64,000 nucleotides of DNA, from NCBI RefSeq assembly GCF_009914755.1, contig NC_060925.1, one strand, 5' to 3'. Positions 13,810 to 29,893 of this stretch are shown here, piece by piece. Both the position numbers and the translations under genes were made by a program. The notes under the pieces are model-generated. The model was not told the DNA's origin. It did no database searches and worked only from the letters and a program-made list of their open reading frames with translations. The DNA is from the human T2T-CHM13v2.0 reference genome, Homo sapiens. Position 1 is the stretch's first letter. Each line of letters starts with the position of its first letter.

Positions 13810-14272
13810 TGTATCAGTTTGCTATTGCTGTGTAACAAACCAATTCGAAACTTAGTAGCTTAAAACAACAAAAATCTATGTAGCTCATGATTCTGTGGGT
13901 CAGCAATTTAGGCTGGGCTCGCTGGGTAGTACTGTTTATCTGGGCCAATCTTGGCTGATCTTGCCATGGATTCACTTACGCTTCTATAGTCAATTGGCAT
14001 AATAGCTGAGGGCTGCTTGATTGTTAGCTGGGTGTCTCAGCTCTCCTCTGGCAGAATAGCCTGTGCTTGCTCCCACGGTGGCTGGTTCCATGAGCGGCAA
14101 GCAGGCAAGCTTCAATACACAAGTGCTTCTAATGCCTCTGCTTGTATCACAACTGCTAATGTCCTATGAGCCAAAATAAGTCACATGGCTAAAGCTAGAG
14201 TCAGTGTGAGAGGACACTGTCAAAGAATATAAGGAAGAGTAAATAAATTTGAGCTGTTACTGCAATCTACAG
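13810..14272 (-). mobile_element. Old MLT1-family LTR
   Basis: 'tgtatcagtttgctattgctgtgtaacaaacc...aagtcacatggctaaagctagagtcagtgtg'. Confidence 0.8.
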
Positions 14273-17200
14273 TGTAGGCATTTAAAAGGTTTGTTTGATA
14301 ACGAAAGTCATCCTACTCTTATAATTAATTGTGTAGACTAATATATTGGAACAAATGAACCACAAAGGCACTTGACACTATGTGGAAAAGAACTATCTAT
14401 TATGCAAGTTACAAGGGTATTTGTTTCCTTTCATACATACTTATTTGAGGAGAGTGTGAACTGAGAGGATGTGGGAAATCTAAAAGGACACATCATTGTT
14501 TACTCTTTTGGGGAAAGAGTCCAGAGCAATTACTAAAGCCACCAGGGCAATTAGAGACCCTGAGGGAACCCTGGTCACATTTTTGGCTTTAGTAGAAAGT
14601 GGCTGGAAAAAATGAGTCCACCATGGTCAGGCCAGGAAATCTCAGATCACTTTACCTTTGGGCACTCCACACCCATATACCAAACCATGGTGTCTTAGAG
14701 TCTGTATATGGCAGTAAGTCTATCTCATTGTTTTCTCCACGTTCTGGTGTGGCCTGGGAACTAACTGTGTTATGTCTATTATTGAGGAGGGGCCTTCCTG
14801 GGGTGGAGCACCAGCTTCAAAGATAGGTGGCAGGAAAAAAAAGGCTCACTGACTTTTGGCAGTGTAAATCCTGAGTTATCATCGGCAGCCTGATGTAGTG
14901 GTGGTAACAGGGAGTCTGGCTTAGGAAGCTCATTAGAACCTGAAGCTAATGGACCCAGTGGCATTGGCTAGGGTCCTGTTAAATTCATTTTCCTTCATAC
15001 AGGGAAACATTCTCTTCAGGAGACCAAGGCAGCCATCTTGGTCTTGTGAGCTTGTGTCCCAGTCCCTGGGTGAGAGTAGGAATGGGTTAGCACCAGCCAG
15101 AGCCATCACTGGCAGGCTGTCTCAGTGGGATTATCTCAGGGATGATGGGCTGCAACACTGAATATTCCCAAGAGGATTGGAAGCAAAGGAAGCAGAGCCA
15201 TGTCTTGATGAATTCAATGATTGTGGATAATCAGGATCTTTCAGATTCAGACTTTCTTCCTCACTAGCTGATCATTCACATGAATAACTTAGATAATGAC
15301 CTTCTTTGACCTCTTTTTTTTTCTCTAAGTACAGTTTTTAGTCTAAGTCTGGAGGTCTCAAGTCAAGATCCAGATAACTAATTTGACACTTGAATTTGAT
15401 TCTTATAAGCAGGTAGTTTCAATATCTCTAAATACAAAACCCTTTTATTACATTAGTTTTTCATGCTACTTTATTTTTTTAAAATATACTTTACTTTTTG
15501 GAACAGTTATACATTTATAGAAAGAGGCTACCAGATACCACACATGTAATTTTTCCTGTATTGACATCTTGCATTAGTGCAGTTCAGTTGTTACAATTAA
15601 TGAATCAATATTGATTATTATTAATTAAAATCCATAGTTTATTCAGATTTCCTGTTTTTTACCTAATGTTACTTTTCTGCTCCAGGATCCTATTCAGAAT
15701 ACCACATTATGTTTAATTGTCATGTCTCTTTAGGCGCCTCTTGGCTTTCACAGTTTCTAAGACTTTCTTTGGTTTTGATGGCCTCGACAGTTGTGAGAAG
15801 TACTGGTCAGGAATTTCATAAAATGTCCTTATACTGGAAATTGTCTGATGTTTTTCTCGTGATTAGACTGGGTTATGGGTTCTTGAGAGGAAGACCACAG
15901 AGGAAAAGTGCTATTTGCAACATATGTTGATAATGTGCCACATGCAGGGTACATTATCAATAGGACTGATTATCACTGTTGATGTTGACCTCCATCACTT
16001 GGCTCAGGTAATGTTTATCAGGTTTCTTCATTGTTTAGTCATTCTTTTCTTGTTCCATTCTGTACTCTTTGGAAGGAAGTCACTGTGTCCAGCCCACAGC
16101 TGAGGAGTGGGAGTTGCGTTCTCCCTCCTTGAGGACAAAATATCTGCAATTCTACATGGAAGATTTGTCTCTTCTCCCCTATTTATTTATTCATTTGTTA
16201 AATGAATATAATGAATAAATAATGAATAAATGAATGAAGTGAATAAATAAATTCATTCAATCATTTACTTATATCAGTATGGACTCATAGTTATTTTTCC
16301 ACTTTTAGTTATAATCCAACACTATATTCTGTTCCTTAAATTGTTCCAAGTTTGGCCATTAGGAGTCCTTTCAAATGGCTACTTTGCTTCTTTGACATAC
16401 CCCCATTAATATGTGTGTGTATGTATATATGTATGCATTTATTTATTTTAGCACTTCTTACTTTCTGATATTACAAAATGCTTCAAGATCATCTTGTATC
16501 TTTTCTGCACCAGTCCTAGAATCAGCCATTTCTTCAAGGAGCCCAGGTTCCTTTTATTGCAGAATGGTATTAGAAAGCAAGATCTTGGTGTGTAGAGTAC
16601 TTGTTGCTACTGGAGTGTCTTCGATTCTAGGCCATCTCAGCTAATAGAGTTAGGAAATATATGTGTGTATACTAACCCATGTACACATATCTATACATCT
16701 TTCTATTGCAACTATTTGTATCTATATTAAGCTAAGTGTGGGTTCATACTGATGTCTTTAATGCTAAGCATTACCACATGGGTTATTCTAGCTGTTCCCC
16801 TTACTTGTCTATACAATCCCACTTCAACAATGAGCAATCTGGTCTTCAACATCCCCATTTAAGTTTACGCTATGTGCTAAAGTTCAGTTTATTAATTGCT
16901 AAATTCCAGTATACATAGATACGAGCATCAGAATTTTTAACCCATACCCACCTGGGAAATAGCTTCATCCTTCAGAGTACAGTGATTATGTGCAGTTTCT
17001 TTTGTCTCTAGTCTTACTCGAGTCATTTCTAGCATTGCTTGAGTCAGTACCATTTTCCCCATCCTTTTCAGTGAGGTTTCATAAATTCATAATAGGTTAT
17101 GTTATTGCTGCCTGCATTCCTTTCTGAGCTCTTCCAACATTCTAAATGATTTTTAAAATTTTGCCTACATGTAGGTTACCTTTTGTGCTATTAAGCTCAA

Positions 17201-17689
17201 TGGGTTTTGAAAAATTCATAATGCCATGTATCTATCATTACAGTATCATACAGAATAGCTTCACTGTCCTAAAAACAGCCCCTGAACCCTATCTATTCAG
17301 TCCTCTTCTTTTCCTCTTAAACCCCAGGCAACCACTGGTATTTTTATTGTCTCTAAGTTTGCCTTTCAAAAGTGTCATATACTTGCAATTACAGTATAAA
17401 GCCTTTCAGGTTGCCTTCTTTTACTTAGTAATATAAATTTAAAGTTTATTCATATGTTTTCATAGCTTAATAATGCATTCTTTGTTACAGAATAACATTC
17501 CATCTAATGGATACTCTACAGTTTGTTTATCCGTTTATTAATATTTATTGAAGAACATCTTTGTTGCTTGTAATTTTGAGTGATTATGAATAAAGCTTCT
17601 AAAGATATTCATCTGTAGGTTTTTGTGTGGACATAATTTTGCAGATCAGTTGGGTTAATAGCTTGGAACTTGACTGTGGAATCATAGGG

Positions 17690-18024
17690 CACTATGGTCT
17701 GGATGTGTCTCCCAAAATTTGTGTGTTGGAAACAATTTCCAATGCAACAATTTTGGGATATGAGGCCTAATGAGAGGCATTTGAGTCATGAAGACTCTGT
17801 CTTCAGGAATGAATTAATGCTATTATAAAAACGGCTTGTGGGAGTGAGTTTCCTCTTTTGCCCTTCAGCCCTCTGCCATGTGAGGCTGCAAGAAGCCCAT
17901 AACTGATGTTGGTGCCTTGATTTTGGACTACCCAGACTTTAGAACTGTGAGAAATAAATATCTATTCTTCTTAAACTGCCTAGTCTGTGGCATTCTGTTA
18001 CAGTATCACAAATGCACAGCGACA
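17690..18024 (+). mobile_element. MST-type MaLR solo LTR nested in L1
   Basis: 'ctatggtctggatgtgtctcccaaaatttgtgtgttggaaac...agaactgtgagaaataaata'. Confidence 0.85.
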
Positions 18025-18581
18025 TATGGCATGATTATGTTTAGCTTTGCGAGAAAACACCAAACTGTTTTCCAAAGTGGCTGCATCCTCTTAGCAATGA
18101 ACGAGCATTCCTATTGCTCTGCCAGTAATTTACATTGTGTTTTAAGATTTTAGTTATTCTAATGTATATATTATGGTATCTCATTATTGTTTTCACTTGC
18201 AATTCTGTAATGACAAATGACAAACGATGTTGCGCATTTTTTTCTTTCGGTATACTTTTTTTTTTAAAGTCTGTATATCTTCTGTGGTGATATATCAGGT
18301 CTTTTGCTTATTTTTAAGTAAAGTTTTTTCTTTTTTGTTAGTTTTAAGAGTTTTTTTTGTATATTTTAAACACAAGTCCTTTATCAGATATGTGTGTTGC
18401 AAATAATTTCTTCAAGTTTTTGGCATGTCTTTCATTCTCTTTACGGTATATTTTGTAGGGCAAAAGTTTTGATTTTAACAAAGTCCAATGTATCATGTTT
18501 TTCTTTCATGGAGTATGCTTTCAGTGTTATACAAGGTGTCCAAACCCATGGTTATCTAGCATTCTTCCTCTGTTATCTTCT

Positions 18582-21240
18582 AGAAGAGCTGGTACTAATC
18601 CTACTGAAACTATTCCAAAAAATCAAGGAGGAGGGACTCACTCACTAATTCTACAAAGCCTGCATCACCCCGATACCAAAATTTGGCAAAGACACAATGA
18701 AAAAAGAAAACTGCAGGCCAACATGCCTGATGAACATAGAGTAAAAATCCTCAACAAAATACTAGCAAACTGAATACAGAAGCACATCAAAAGTTAATTT
18801 GCTATGACCACATAGGCTTTTTCCTGGGATGCAACATTGGTTCAACATATACAAATCAATAAATATGATTCACCACATAAACAGAATTAAAAACAAAAAC
18901 CATATGATCATCTCAATAGATGTACAAAAAGCTTTTGATAGAATTCAGTTTCTTCATGAAGAAAACATCAACAAACTAGGCATTGAAGGAACATACTTAA
19001 AATAATAACCATCTATGACAAACCCACAGCCAACATTATCCTAAATGTGCAAAAGTTTGAAGCAATTTCCTTAAGAACAGGAACAAGACAAGGATGCCCT
19101 GTCTCACCACTCCTATTCAACATAGTACTGAAAGTCCTAGCCATAGCAATCAGACAAGAGAAGGAAATAAGAGGCATCCAAATATGAAAAGAAGTCAAAT
19201 TGTCCCTCATTGCTGATATGATTCCATACCTAAAAAACCCTAAAGATTCCACTGAAAGGAACTTAGTGCTGATAAAAGACTTCAGTAAAGTCTCATGACA
19301 CAAAATCAATGTACAGAATCAGCAGCATTTCTGTCCACCAATAATGTTGAAACTGAGAGCCAAATCAAGAATGCAATCTTATCTACAATAACCACAAAAA
19401 ATAAAATACCTAGGAATACATGTAGCCAAGGAGGGGAAAGATCTCTACAAAGAGAACTGCTATGTACTTCTGAAAGAAATCATAGATAACACGAACAAAT
19501 GGAAGAATACCCATGGATTGGAAGAGTCAATGTTGTTAAAAATGGCCATGATGCCCAAAGCAATCTATAGATTCAGTGCTATTCCTATCAAACTACCAAT
19601 GTCATTTTTCATAGAAATAGAAAAAAACTATTCTAAAATTCACATGGAACCAGAAAAGAGCCTGACTACCCAAAGCAGTCCTAGGCAAAAACAAAACAAA
19701 AGAAAACAAAACAAAACTGAAACAAACAAACAAAAAAAACAAAGCCGAGACATTACATTACCTAACTTCAAACTATACTACAAGGCTACAGTAACCAAAA
19801 CAATAATGGTACTGGTACAAAAATAGATACATATACCACATAAATCAATGGAAAAGAATAGAGAGCCCAGAAATACAAATGCGCATCTACAATTATCTGA
19901 TCTTCAACAAAGTCTACAAAAATAAGCAGTGGGGAGAGGACTGTCTATTTGATCAATGGTAATGTGATAGCTGACTATCCATATGCAGAAGAATGAAGCT
20001 GGACCTCTACCTTTCACCATATACAAAAGTAAATTCAAAATAGATTAAAGATTTAACTGGAAGACTTCAAATTATAAAATGTTCTAGAAGAAAACCTAGG
20101 AAATGTCATTCTGGACATCAACCTCTGCAAAGTATTTATGACTAACTCCTCAAAAGCAATTGCAACAAAATTAAAAATTAATAAATAGTGCCTAATTAAA
20201 CTAAGGAGCTTCTGCACAGCAAAAGAAACTATGAGTAGAGTAAACAGACAACTAGAGAACAGGAAAAATATTTATAAGCTATGCATCCAACAAAGGTCTA
20301 ATATTAAGAATCTATAAGGAACTTAAACAGTTGAACAAGCAAAAAACAAACAATTTCATTAAGAAGCAGGCAAAGGATAGGAAAGTAAAGTCTCAGGATA
20401 TAAAACTTCTACAGACACTTCTCAAAAGAAGACATCCAAGTGGCCAAAAAACATATGAAAAAACACTCAACATCACTAATCATCAGAGAAATGCAAATCA
20501 AAATGACAACATGATATCATTTTACACCAATCAGAATGGTTATTAAAAAATAAAAAAACCCACAGATATTGGCGAGGCTGCATAGAAAAGGGAACATTTA
20601 TACACTGATAGTGGAAATATAAATTATTTCAGCCACTGTGAAAGGCAGTTTGGAGATTCCTTAAAAAATTCAAAATAGAACTACCATTTGACCCCAGGAA
20701 TCCCATTTCTGGGTATATCCCCAAAGGAAAATAAATCGCTGTACCAAAAAGACACATCTATTAGTATGTTCATTGCAGCACTATTCACAATAGCAAAAAC
20801 ATGGAATCAACCTAGGTGCCCATTAACAGTGCATTAAAGAAAGAAAATTTGGTACATATACAACATGGAATACTATGCAGCCATAAAAATAATAAAATTA
20901 TGTCCTTTGTCCAACATAGATGCAGCTGGAAGTCATTATCCTAAGCAAATTAACTCAGCAACAGAAAACCAAATACTGCATGTTTTCACTTCTAAGTGGG
21001 AGCTAAACATTAGTTACACATGGACGTAAAGATGAGAGCAACAGTCACTGGAGACTAGTAGACATGGGAAGGAAGGAGGAGGAGGGAAAGGGCTGAAAAA
21101 CTGTCTATTGGGTCCTAGGCTCTCTACCTGCATGACAGGATCATTAGTACCCCAAACCTCAGCATTATGCAATATATACCCATGTAACAAACCTGCACAT
21201 GTACTCCTGAATCTAAAATAGAATTTGCAATTAAAATTTT
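18582..21240 (+). mobile_element. 5'-truncated primate L1 (L1PA15-17-like), degenerate ORF2 RT/C-terminus and 3' UTR
   Basis: ORF2 fragments such as 'MPKAIYRFSAIPIKLPMSFFIEIEK' and 'ITLPNFKLYYKATVTKT'. 3' UTR 'accccaaacctcagcattatgcaatata...catgtaacaaacctgcacatgtac'. Many frameshifts. Confidence 0.93.
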
Positions 21241-23716
21241 TTTAAAATTTAATTCATTAATATAAGTTATCTCTCTATTTAACTCTTCTTCAATTTCTCT
21301 GGTCAGTGTTTTGTGGTTTTCCTCATATATACCTTTTACATATTTTTTCTTAGGTTTATGCCTGAGTATTTCTTATTTTTGGTGTAATTGTAAATTGTGT
21401 TGTATTGCTAATTCCAATTTGCAATTATTCATTGCTGATAGGTAGGAAAGCAATTAAGTTTTATATATTAACCTTTTATACTATGACCTATAACTGTTTA
21501 TTAGTTCTGGTAGTTTTAAAATGATTCTTGGGAGGCAATTTCTGCATAGAAAATTATGTTTCCTGTGAACAAGGACAGTTTTATTCTTTCCTTCCCAATC
21601 TGTATACAATTTATTTCCTTTTTAAATCTTTTTTCGCTCTCTAGGGGCTTCATTACAAAGTTGAATAGGAGTGGAAAGAGGGGATATCCTTGCCTAGTTC
21701 CCAACTTTAGAGAGAAAGCATCTAGTTTCTCTATATTAAGTAAAATGTTACATATAGTTTTTTTTGTAGCTGTTCTTTATCGAGTTTAACAAGTTCTTGT
21801 GTATTCCTAGTTTATTGAGAGTTTTTATCATAAACGGATGTGGAATTTTGTCAAATACTTTTTCTGCATCAATTGATATGATCATTAGATTTTCTTCTGT
21901 ATCATGTTGATGTGGATTATATTAATTTATTTTGAATGTTGAATCCTTCTGGCATACCTAGAATAAATCCCACTTGGTTGTAATGTATAATATTTCTTAC
22001 ACATTGTTGTATTTAGTTTGCTAATATGCTATGAGAATTTTTGCATCTATAGTCATTATAGATACTGTTCTGCAGTTTTCATTTCTTGTAATGGCTTTGT
22101 ATGGTTTTAGTATTAGGGCAAAGCAGATCTCATAGGATGAGTTATGAAGTGTTCCTTTTGCTTCCATTTTTGGAAGAGATTGTGAAATATTGACATAATT
22201 TACTTTTTAAATATTTGATATAATTCACCAGTGAAGTTATCTGGGTCTGGTGATTACATTTTTAGAAATTTACTAATTATTGATTCAGTTTCTTTAATAG
22301 TTATAGACCTATTCAGAAGGTCTGTTTTTCCTAGTGTGAGTTGATAAATTTGTTTCTTTCAAGGAATTGGTCTTTGTTGTGAGCACGTAATTGCACGTAG
22401 CATTTCTTTATAATCTTTGTAACATTCATGAAATCACTGTGGTGACTCCTCTTTTCTGAAATTGGCCATTTGTGTCTTCTCTTTTTTTTCTTTGTTAGAC
22501 TCTCTGAAGGTTCATCAATTTTATTAATCTTTCCAAAGAACCAGCGTTTGGTTTATTTGATTATCTCTGTGGTTTTCCTGTTTTCATTGTTACTTATTTC
22601 TGCTTTAATTATATTATTTCTTGTCTTCTTTTTACTTTAGGCTTATATTGCTCTTCTTTCTCTAATTTCCTTATATGGAAGCCTAAGTTATTGAATTTCC
22701 ATCTCTCTTCTCTTCTTTTTAATACATCCATTTAATGCTATGCATTTCCCTCTATACATTGCTTTTGCTGCATCCCACAAATTTGGTAAGTTTTCATTCT
22801 CATTTAGTTAAAATATTTTAAAATTATCTTGAGATTTCTTCTTCTACACATGTTATTTAGAAGTATGTTGTTTAATCCTCAAATATCTTGGGATTTTGCA
22901 GCCATCTTTCTGTTGCTGACTTCTAGTTTAATTCCACTGTGGTCTGAGAACAGACATTGTAAGATATCTATTCTTTTAAATTTCGTAGTGTGGCTTATGG
23001 CTTAGAATATTGCCTGTCTTGGTGAGTGTGTCATGTGAACTTGAGAACATGTGTATTCTGCCATTGGTTGATGTAGTATTTTATAAGTGTCAACTAGATC
23101 AAGTTGATTACTAGTGCTATTCAGGCCAATTTTTTGTTGTTGTTGTTTTGCTTTTTGTTTGTTTGTTTTTACTGATTTTCTACCTGCTTGTTCTATCAGT
23201 TGCTGAAACAGGGATGTTGAAATCTCCAACTATAAATAGTCTATTTCTCTATATCTCATTGTAGTTTTAGCAGTTTTTGCTTCACGTATTTTGTTAGGGA
23301 TATTAGGGATGTTGTTAGGGATGTTAATAGTTGTTATGTCTTATTAGAGAATTGACCCCTTTATCATTATGTAATGCCCATCTTTATCTCTGATAATTTT
23401 TTTTTTGCTCAGAACTCTATTTTGTCTAAAATTAATACAGCTACTCCAGCTTTCTTTTGGTTGATGTTAACATGATAGTTTTTTCTCTACTCCTTTACTT
23501 TTAATCTTTTCATGTTTTTAAAGTGGGTTTCTTCTAGAGAACGTACAGTTGGACCCTTTAAAAAAATCCTCTCCAACAATATCTATTTTTAAAACTGGTT
23601 TATTTAGATCATTCACATTTAATATGATTATTGATAAAGTTGGATTAATTATCTACCATGTTTGCAGCTGTTTTGCAATCATTGCACTTATTCGTTGCTT
23701 CTTTTCTTTCTTCCCC

Positions 23717-24108
23717 TCTATTAGTTTGCTAGGGCTGCCATAAGAAAATACCATAGACTGGATGTCTTAAATAACATACATTAATTTTCTTACAGCTCTG
23801 GATGCTGGAAGTCCAAGATCAAGATGTTGGTAGGGTTTATTTCTTGTGAGACCTCTCTCCTTGGCTTGCAAATCATTGCTTTCTTGCTGTGTCCTAATGT
23901 GGTCTTCTCTCTGTGTATGATTTTGTCTTGATCTCTTCTTCTTAAAAGGACACCAATCATATTGGGTTAGGACCCATGCTAAGGACCTCATTTTATGTTA
24001 TTATCTCTTTAAAGGCCGTATCTCCAAATACAGTCACATTCTGAGGTTCTGAGAACTTTTACATATGACTTTGGCGGGTTGGGGGCAGGCAAAATTCAAC
24101 CTCTCACA
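23717..24108 (-). mobile_element. MLT1B-type solo LTR nested in L1
   Basis: 'tattagtttgctagggctgccataagaaaatacc...ccaaatacagtcacattctgagg'. Confidence 0.87.
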
Positions 24109-25083
24109 CCTTCTCTTTCTACCTTCTCTTATCTTAATTGAGTATTTCATAAGATTCTATTTTCTCCCCTCTCTTAGTATAACTGTTATTCTTCTCTTTA
24201 AATTTCTTTTCATCCACTAGAGTTTGCAATATATATTTACAACTAATATAAGATCATATGCCACTTCACCTGTAGTGCAGATACCTTAAAACAATGTAGT
24301 TCTTATTTTTTCCTCCTATTTCTTACAATGTTGCTTTCACTAATTAAAATTACCCATATACTACAATCACTCAAAACTTTATTACTATTATTACTCTAAA
24401 CAAAGAGTTACCTTTTAGATCAATTAAGAATAAGAAAAACTGAAGACTATTTTACGTTTATTCACTTTTCCTCAAGGTTCTTTTCTTTTTGTAAACCTGA
24501 GTTTTTGATCTATATCATTATTCTTCTCTCTGAAGAACTTTTAACATTTCTTGCAGGGCCCACTGCTGGATTTGAGTTGGATTTGTTTGTTTAAGAAAGT
24601 CTTTCTTTTTCCTTTTTGAAGGAGAAGTTCACTGGGTATGGAAATCTCAATGGGTGGTTTTTGTTTTTCAACATGTAAGTACCTCACTCCACGCTCTTCT
24701 TGCTTGCATGGTTTCTGATAAGAAGTCCACTGTAATTCTTGTTCTTGGTCTTCTATAGGTCATGTGCTCTTTTTTCTGGCTTCTTTTAATACTTTTTCTT
24801 TGCTTTTGTTTTTCTGAAGTTTAAAAATAATATGTCTACATTTTTTTTTTGGTGTTTATTCTGCTTGGTGTTCTCTCAGTCTCCTGGAACTGTGGTTTGG
24901 TGTTCTCATTAATTTTGAAAAATTCTCTGTCATTATTACAGCAAATATTTTTCTCTGTTTTCTCTTTCTTCCTCTTCTTGTATTCTAATTATGTATCTAT
25001 TATACCTTTGAGATTATCGCAGTTTTGGTATTTTTTTGATATTTTGTTTTCTGATATTTTCTTTTTTTCCCCATTCTTTTTCT

Positions 25084-26298
<1,215 letters not shown>

Positions 26299-26657
26299 CC
26301 CATCTTTTTTCTCTTTACATTTTGCTTTGGGAAACTTGTACTGACATGTCTTCAAGCTCAGTGGTGTTTTGTTTTTGTTTTTTCTTTTCTTGGCCATGTC
26401 CAGTCTTCTGATAAGCCTATCAAAGGCATTATTTATTTCTGTTACATCAAAAAAAAAAAGAAAGAAAAAAATGAGCAAACCTCTCAGGAGCCACCCCCAA
26501 TTAATGAGGGACAGAATTTCTACCATTTTCTTTTGATTCATTAGAATTTTTATCTCTCTGCTTATGTTACCTGATTACTTGATTGTGTTTGTTTTTGCAC
26601 ATTGTGTACATTTTGCATTAAAGCCTTTAACATATTAATCATAGGTATTTTAAATTC

Positions 26658-27004
26658 TTTTCTATTCCACTCTGTGTATCTATGTGTACACATTATTTAG
26701 CTCCCACTTATAAAGGAGAATATGCAGTATTTGACTTTCTGTTTTGGGGTTATTTCACTTTTGATAATGACCTTCAGTTCCATCCATGGTGCTATAAAAG
26801 ACATGATTTTATTCTTTTTTATGCTTCAGTGGTATTCCACGGAGACCTAGAAAGGCAGGAGGGTGGTGAGGGATGAGAAAATACCTAATAGGTAAAATGT
26901 ACACTATTTGGGTGATGGTTACACTAAAAACTCAAACTTCTCCACTATGCAATATATCCATGTAACAAATCTATACCTGTACTCCATAAATCTATATAAA
27001 AAAA
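26658..27004. mobile_element. Short L1PB-type 3' end with 5' inversion (twin priming)
   Basis: 26658-26839 is antisense L1 3' UTR. 26840-27004 is the adjacent downstream part in sense orientation, ending in an A tail. 'aaattc' is repeated at 26652-26657 and 27002-27007. Confidence 0.88.
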
Positions 27005-28251
27005 TTCCCTCTCTGATAATTCCAGTGGCTATATTATATCTGAATTTTATCCTGATACTTGTCTCCTCAGATTGTGCTACTGCCCCTTGAAGTGTGCTTA
27101 TATGTATTAGATAAATGTATCTCTCTGTGTATATATCTGTTAGTTACAGTAGTGCTTGGCATAAAGTAAGCACTGGATAAATATTAGCTGTTATTGTAAC
27201 CAGTCCTTCTTCCCCATTTTGCACACATCACCCCTGTCTTTATGTAATGAGTCTAGTGGCTTTCTCTCCAGGACTCCATTTTGGCTTTCTTGAACATAGA
27301 TATATAGCCACTGATTAGGGGAGAGGGATAGTTTTCTGGCCAGCTTTATACTCCACTTTAAATTGCTGGCATCTAAATTTAAATCCAACCTCAGGTTTTT
27401 AACGGTTTTGCTAGCGTACTGAGTCCAGCATATAATTCCTCATGCCTAGTGCCTACAGGGTGTGGTACAAGATGTACCTTTCTGGTTTGGCATTGGCTTC
27501 CCTGATGAACTCCTTCCACTTCCAACCTACCCATCCACCCTTCTCTTATGTGAAATTATATTCTTTGGCCATTGCATTTCATGTAATTGTAGCATTTAAT
27601 TTTGAACTCATGCCCGGAGGCCTGTGGGCAGTGGGCATGTTTAAAGAAATCTAATAAATGAAGGGAAATAAACGTACAGGGTAAAAAGTAAATGGGCCAA
27701 TACTATTCAGAGAAAAACCTCAAAGTGCCTGTCTGCTTGCAGGAACAAAAATAATTTTAGAACAAGTCAGTAATGTAAACAAGGTGAAAAAAAATATTTT
27801 ACTTAGTAAATACGGTAGGTTCATGTTTTCTACCTTACTCCTGGGTCTTTGCTTCGTAAGAGCAGCCTTTTGACCCTCTTCTAGTGAATGAAGTGCCTTG
27901 GCCAGAAGTCAAGGTAGGTCAGCCTTTCACTCAGTTCAGTTTGTGGGTGGACAAGAATATATTCAGGCTGAGGAATAATTTAATTTTCTCTTGTTAGCTC
28001 CATTGAGAAAAGGATTGTATGCATTGAGTCTACCCCAATGGGAAAGTTCTCAATCTCCCCATAAACACTTCTTTCATTTGGTTGTTCACTTTGACCCTGC
28101 TTGTGCTTTGGTGGACTTAGTTCTATTCTGCTCCATCCTCAACGAAATGAAGTGGGTGCCAAAGCACCTGGTCACATGGATGCACACGAATGTGCAGATG
28201 GCCACACCAGGGTTAAAAGTCAGAAAGCACTCCTCTCTGTATGCATTTTAC

Positions 28252-28280
28252 TATATATATATATAGAGAGAGAGAGAGAG
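28252..28280. repeat. Compound (TA)n(GA)n microsatellite
   Basis: Seen directly. Confidence 0.9.
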
Positions 28281-28306
28281 TAAATTATAAATGAATATAT
28301 GTATAA

Positions 28307-28667
<361 letters not shown>

Positions 28668-28789
28668 TGATAAATAGGAAGAATTTTTGTTTATGCATTT
28701 GTTTTGTTAATGTGACCCCTCTCGAGGAGTAACTATGCCTTACATACATAGAATGCTTTGTACTTGAAAGAGCACATGCACACATACGG

Positions 28790-29350
<561 letters not shown>

Positions 29351-29426
29351 GATTAATCTTTTCATCCATCCCATGAAGTAATTGAGGCAAATATTTTTAT
29401 CCTCATCTAAAAGTAAGAAGCCTTAG

Positions 29427-29893
29427 TGTAGCAAGTGCTATGTGTGCCCAGCCCATATACCTTGATCTCATGTGAGAAGTTGCCAGCAGATGCTTCTCCT
29501 GCATTTGGCCAGCTTCCTGGGTCTGTCTGCGTGAGGGTGCCCTTTGACCTTGGGGCAGGCCAAAAATGCTGGAGAGATAACACCTCAAGAGCTACCCCCA
29601 TTAATGCTGAACAGGAGTAGGTGGGTAAATTCCCAGCTTCTTCCCCGATGTGGTGGGACAACTTTGAGCTATGTCCTGCATAGTGTCTCAGAGAGTTGTG
29701 GGTGTGGTTTGGGGGTGGATTAAGCAACAGCTGTCCTGAGGAATACAATGTTCACCAACACTCCCTTCCCTGTCCCACTCTTCACTAGCTGATAGTGTTT
29801 TCTCAAATTGCACCACCACCACCATCACCACCACAAATAAGCTACATGCACCAAAATCCTTGGGGTCTGATTTGGGGAGGACTCCAATAAGAC
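29427..29893 (+). mobile_element. LTR16-type (ERVL) solo LTR
   Basis: Start 'tgtagcaagtgctatgtgtgcccagccc'; end 'aaataagctacatgcaccaaaatcctt...ctccaataagaca'. Confidence 0.75.

Noticed and set aside
18495-20546. Several ORFs resembling reverse transcriptase / ORF2p
   Set aside because: These are frameshifted pieces of a 5'-truncated dead L1, not a functional gene.
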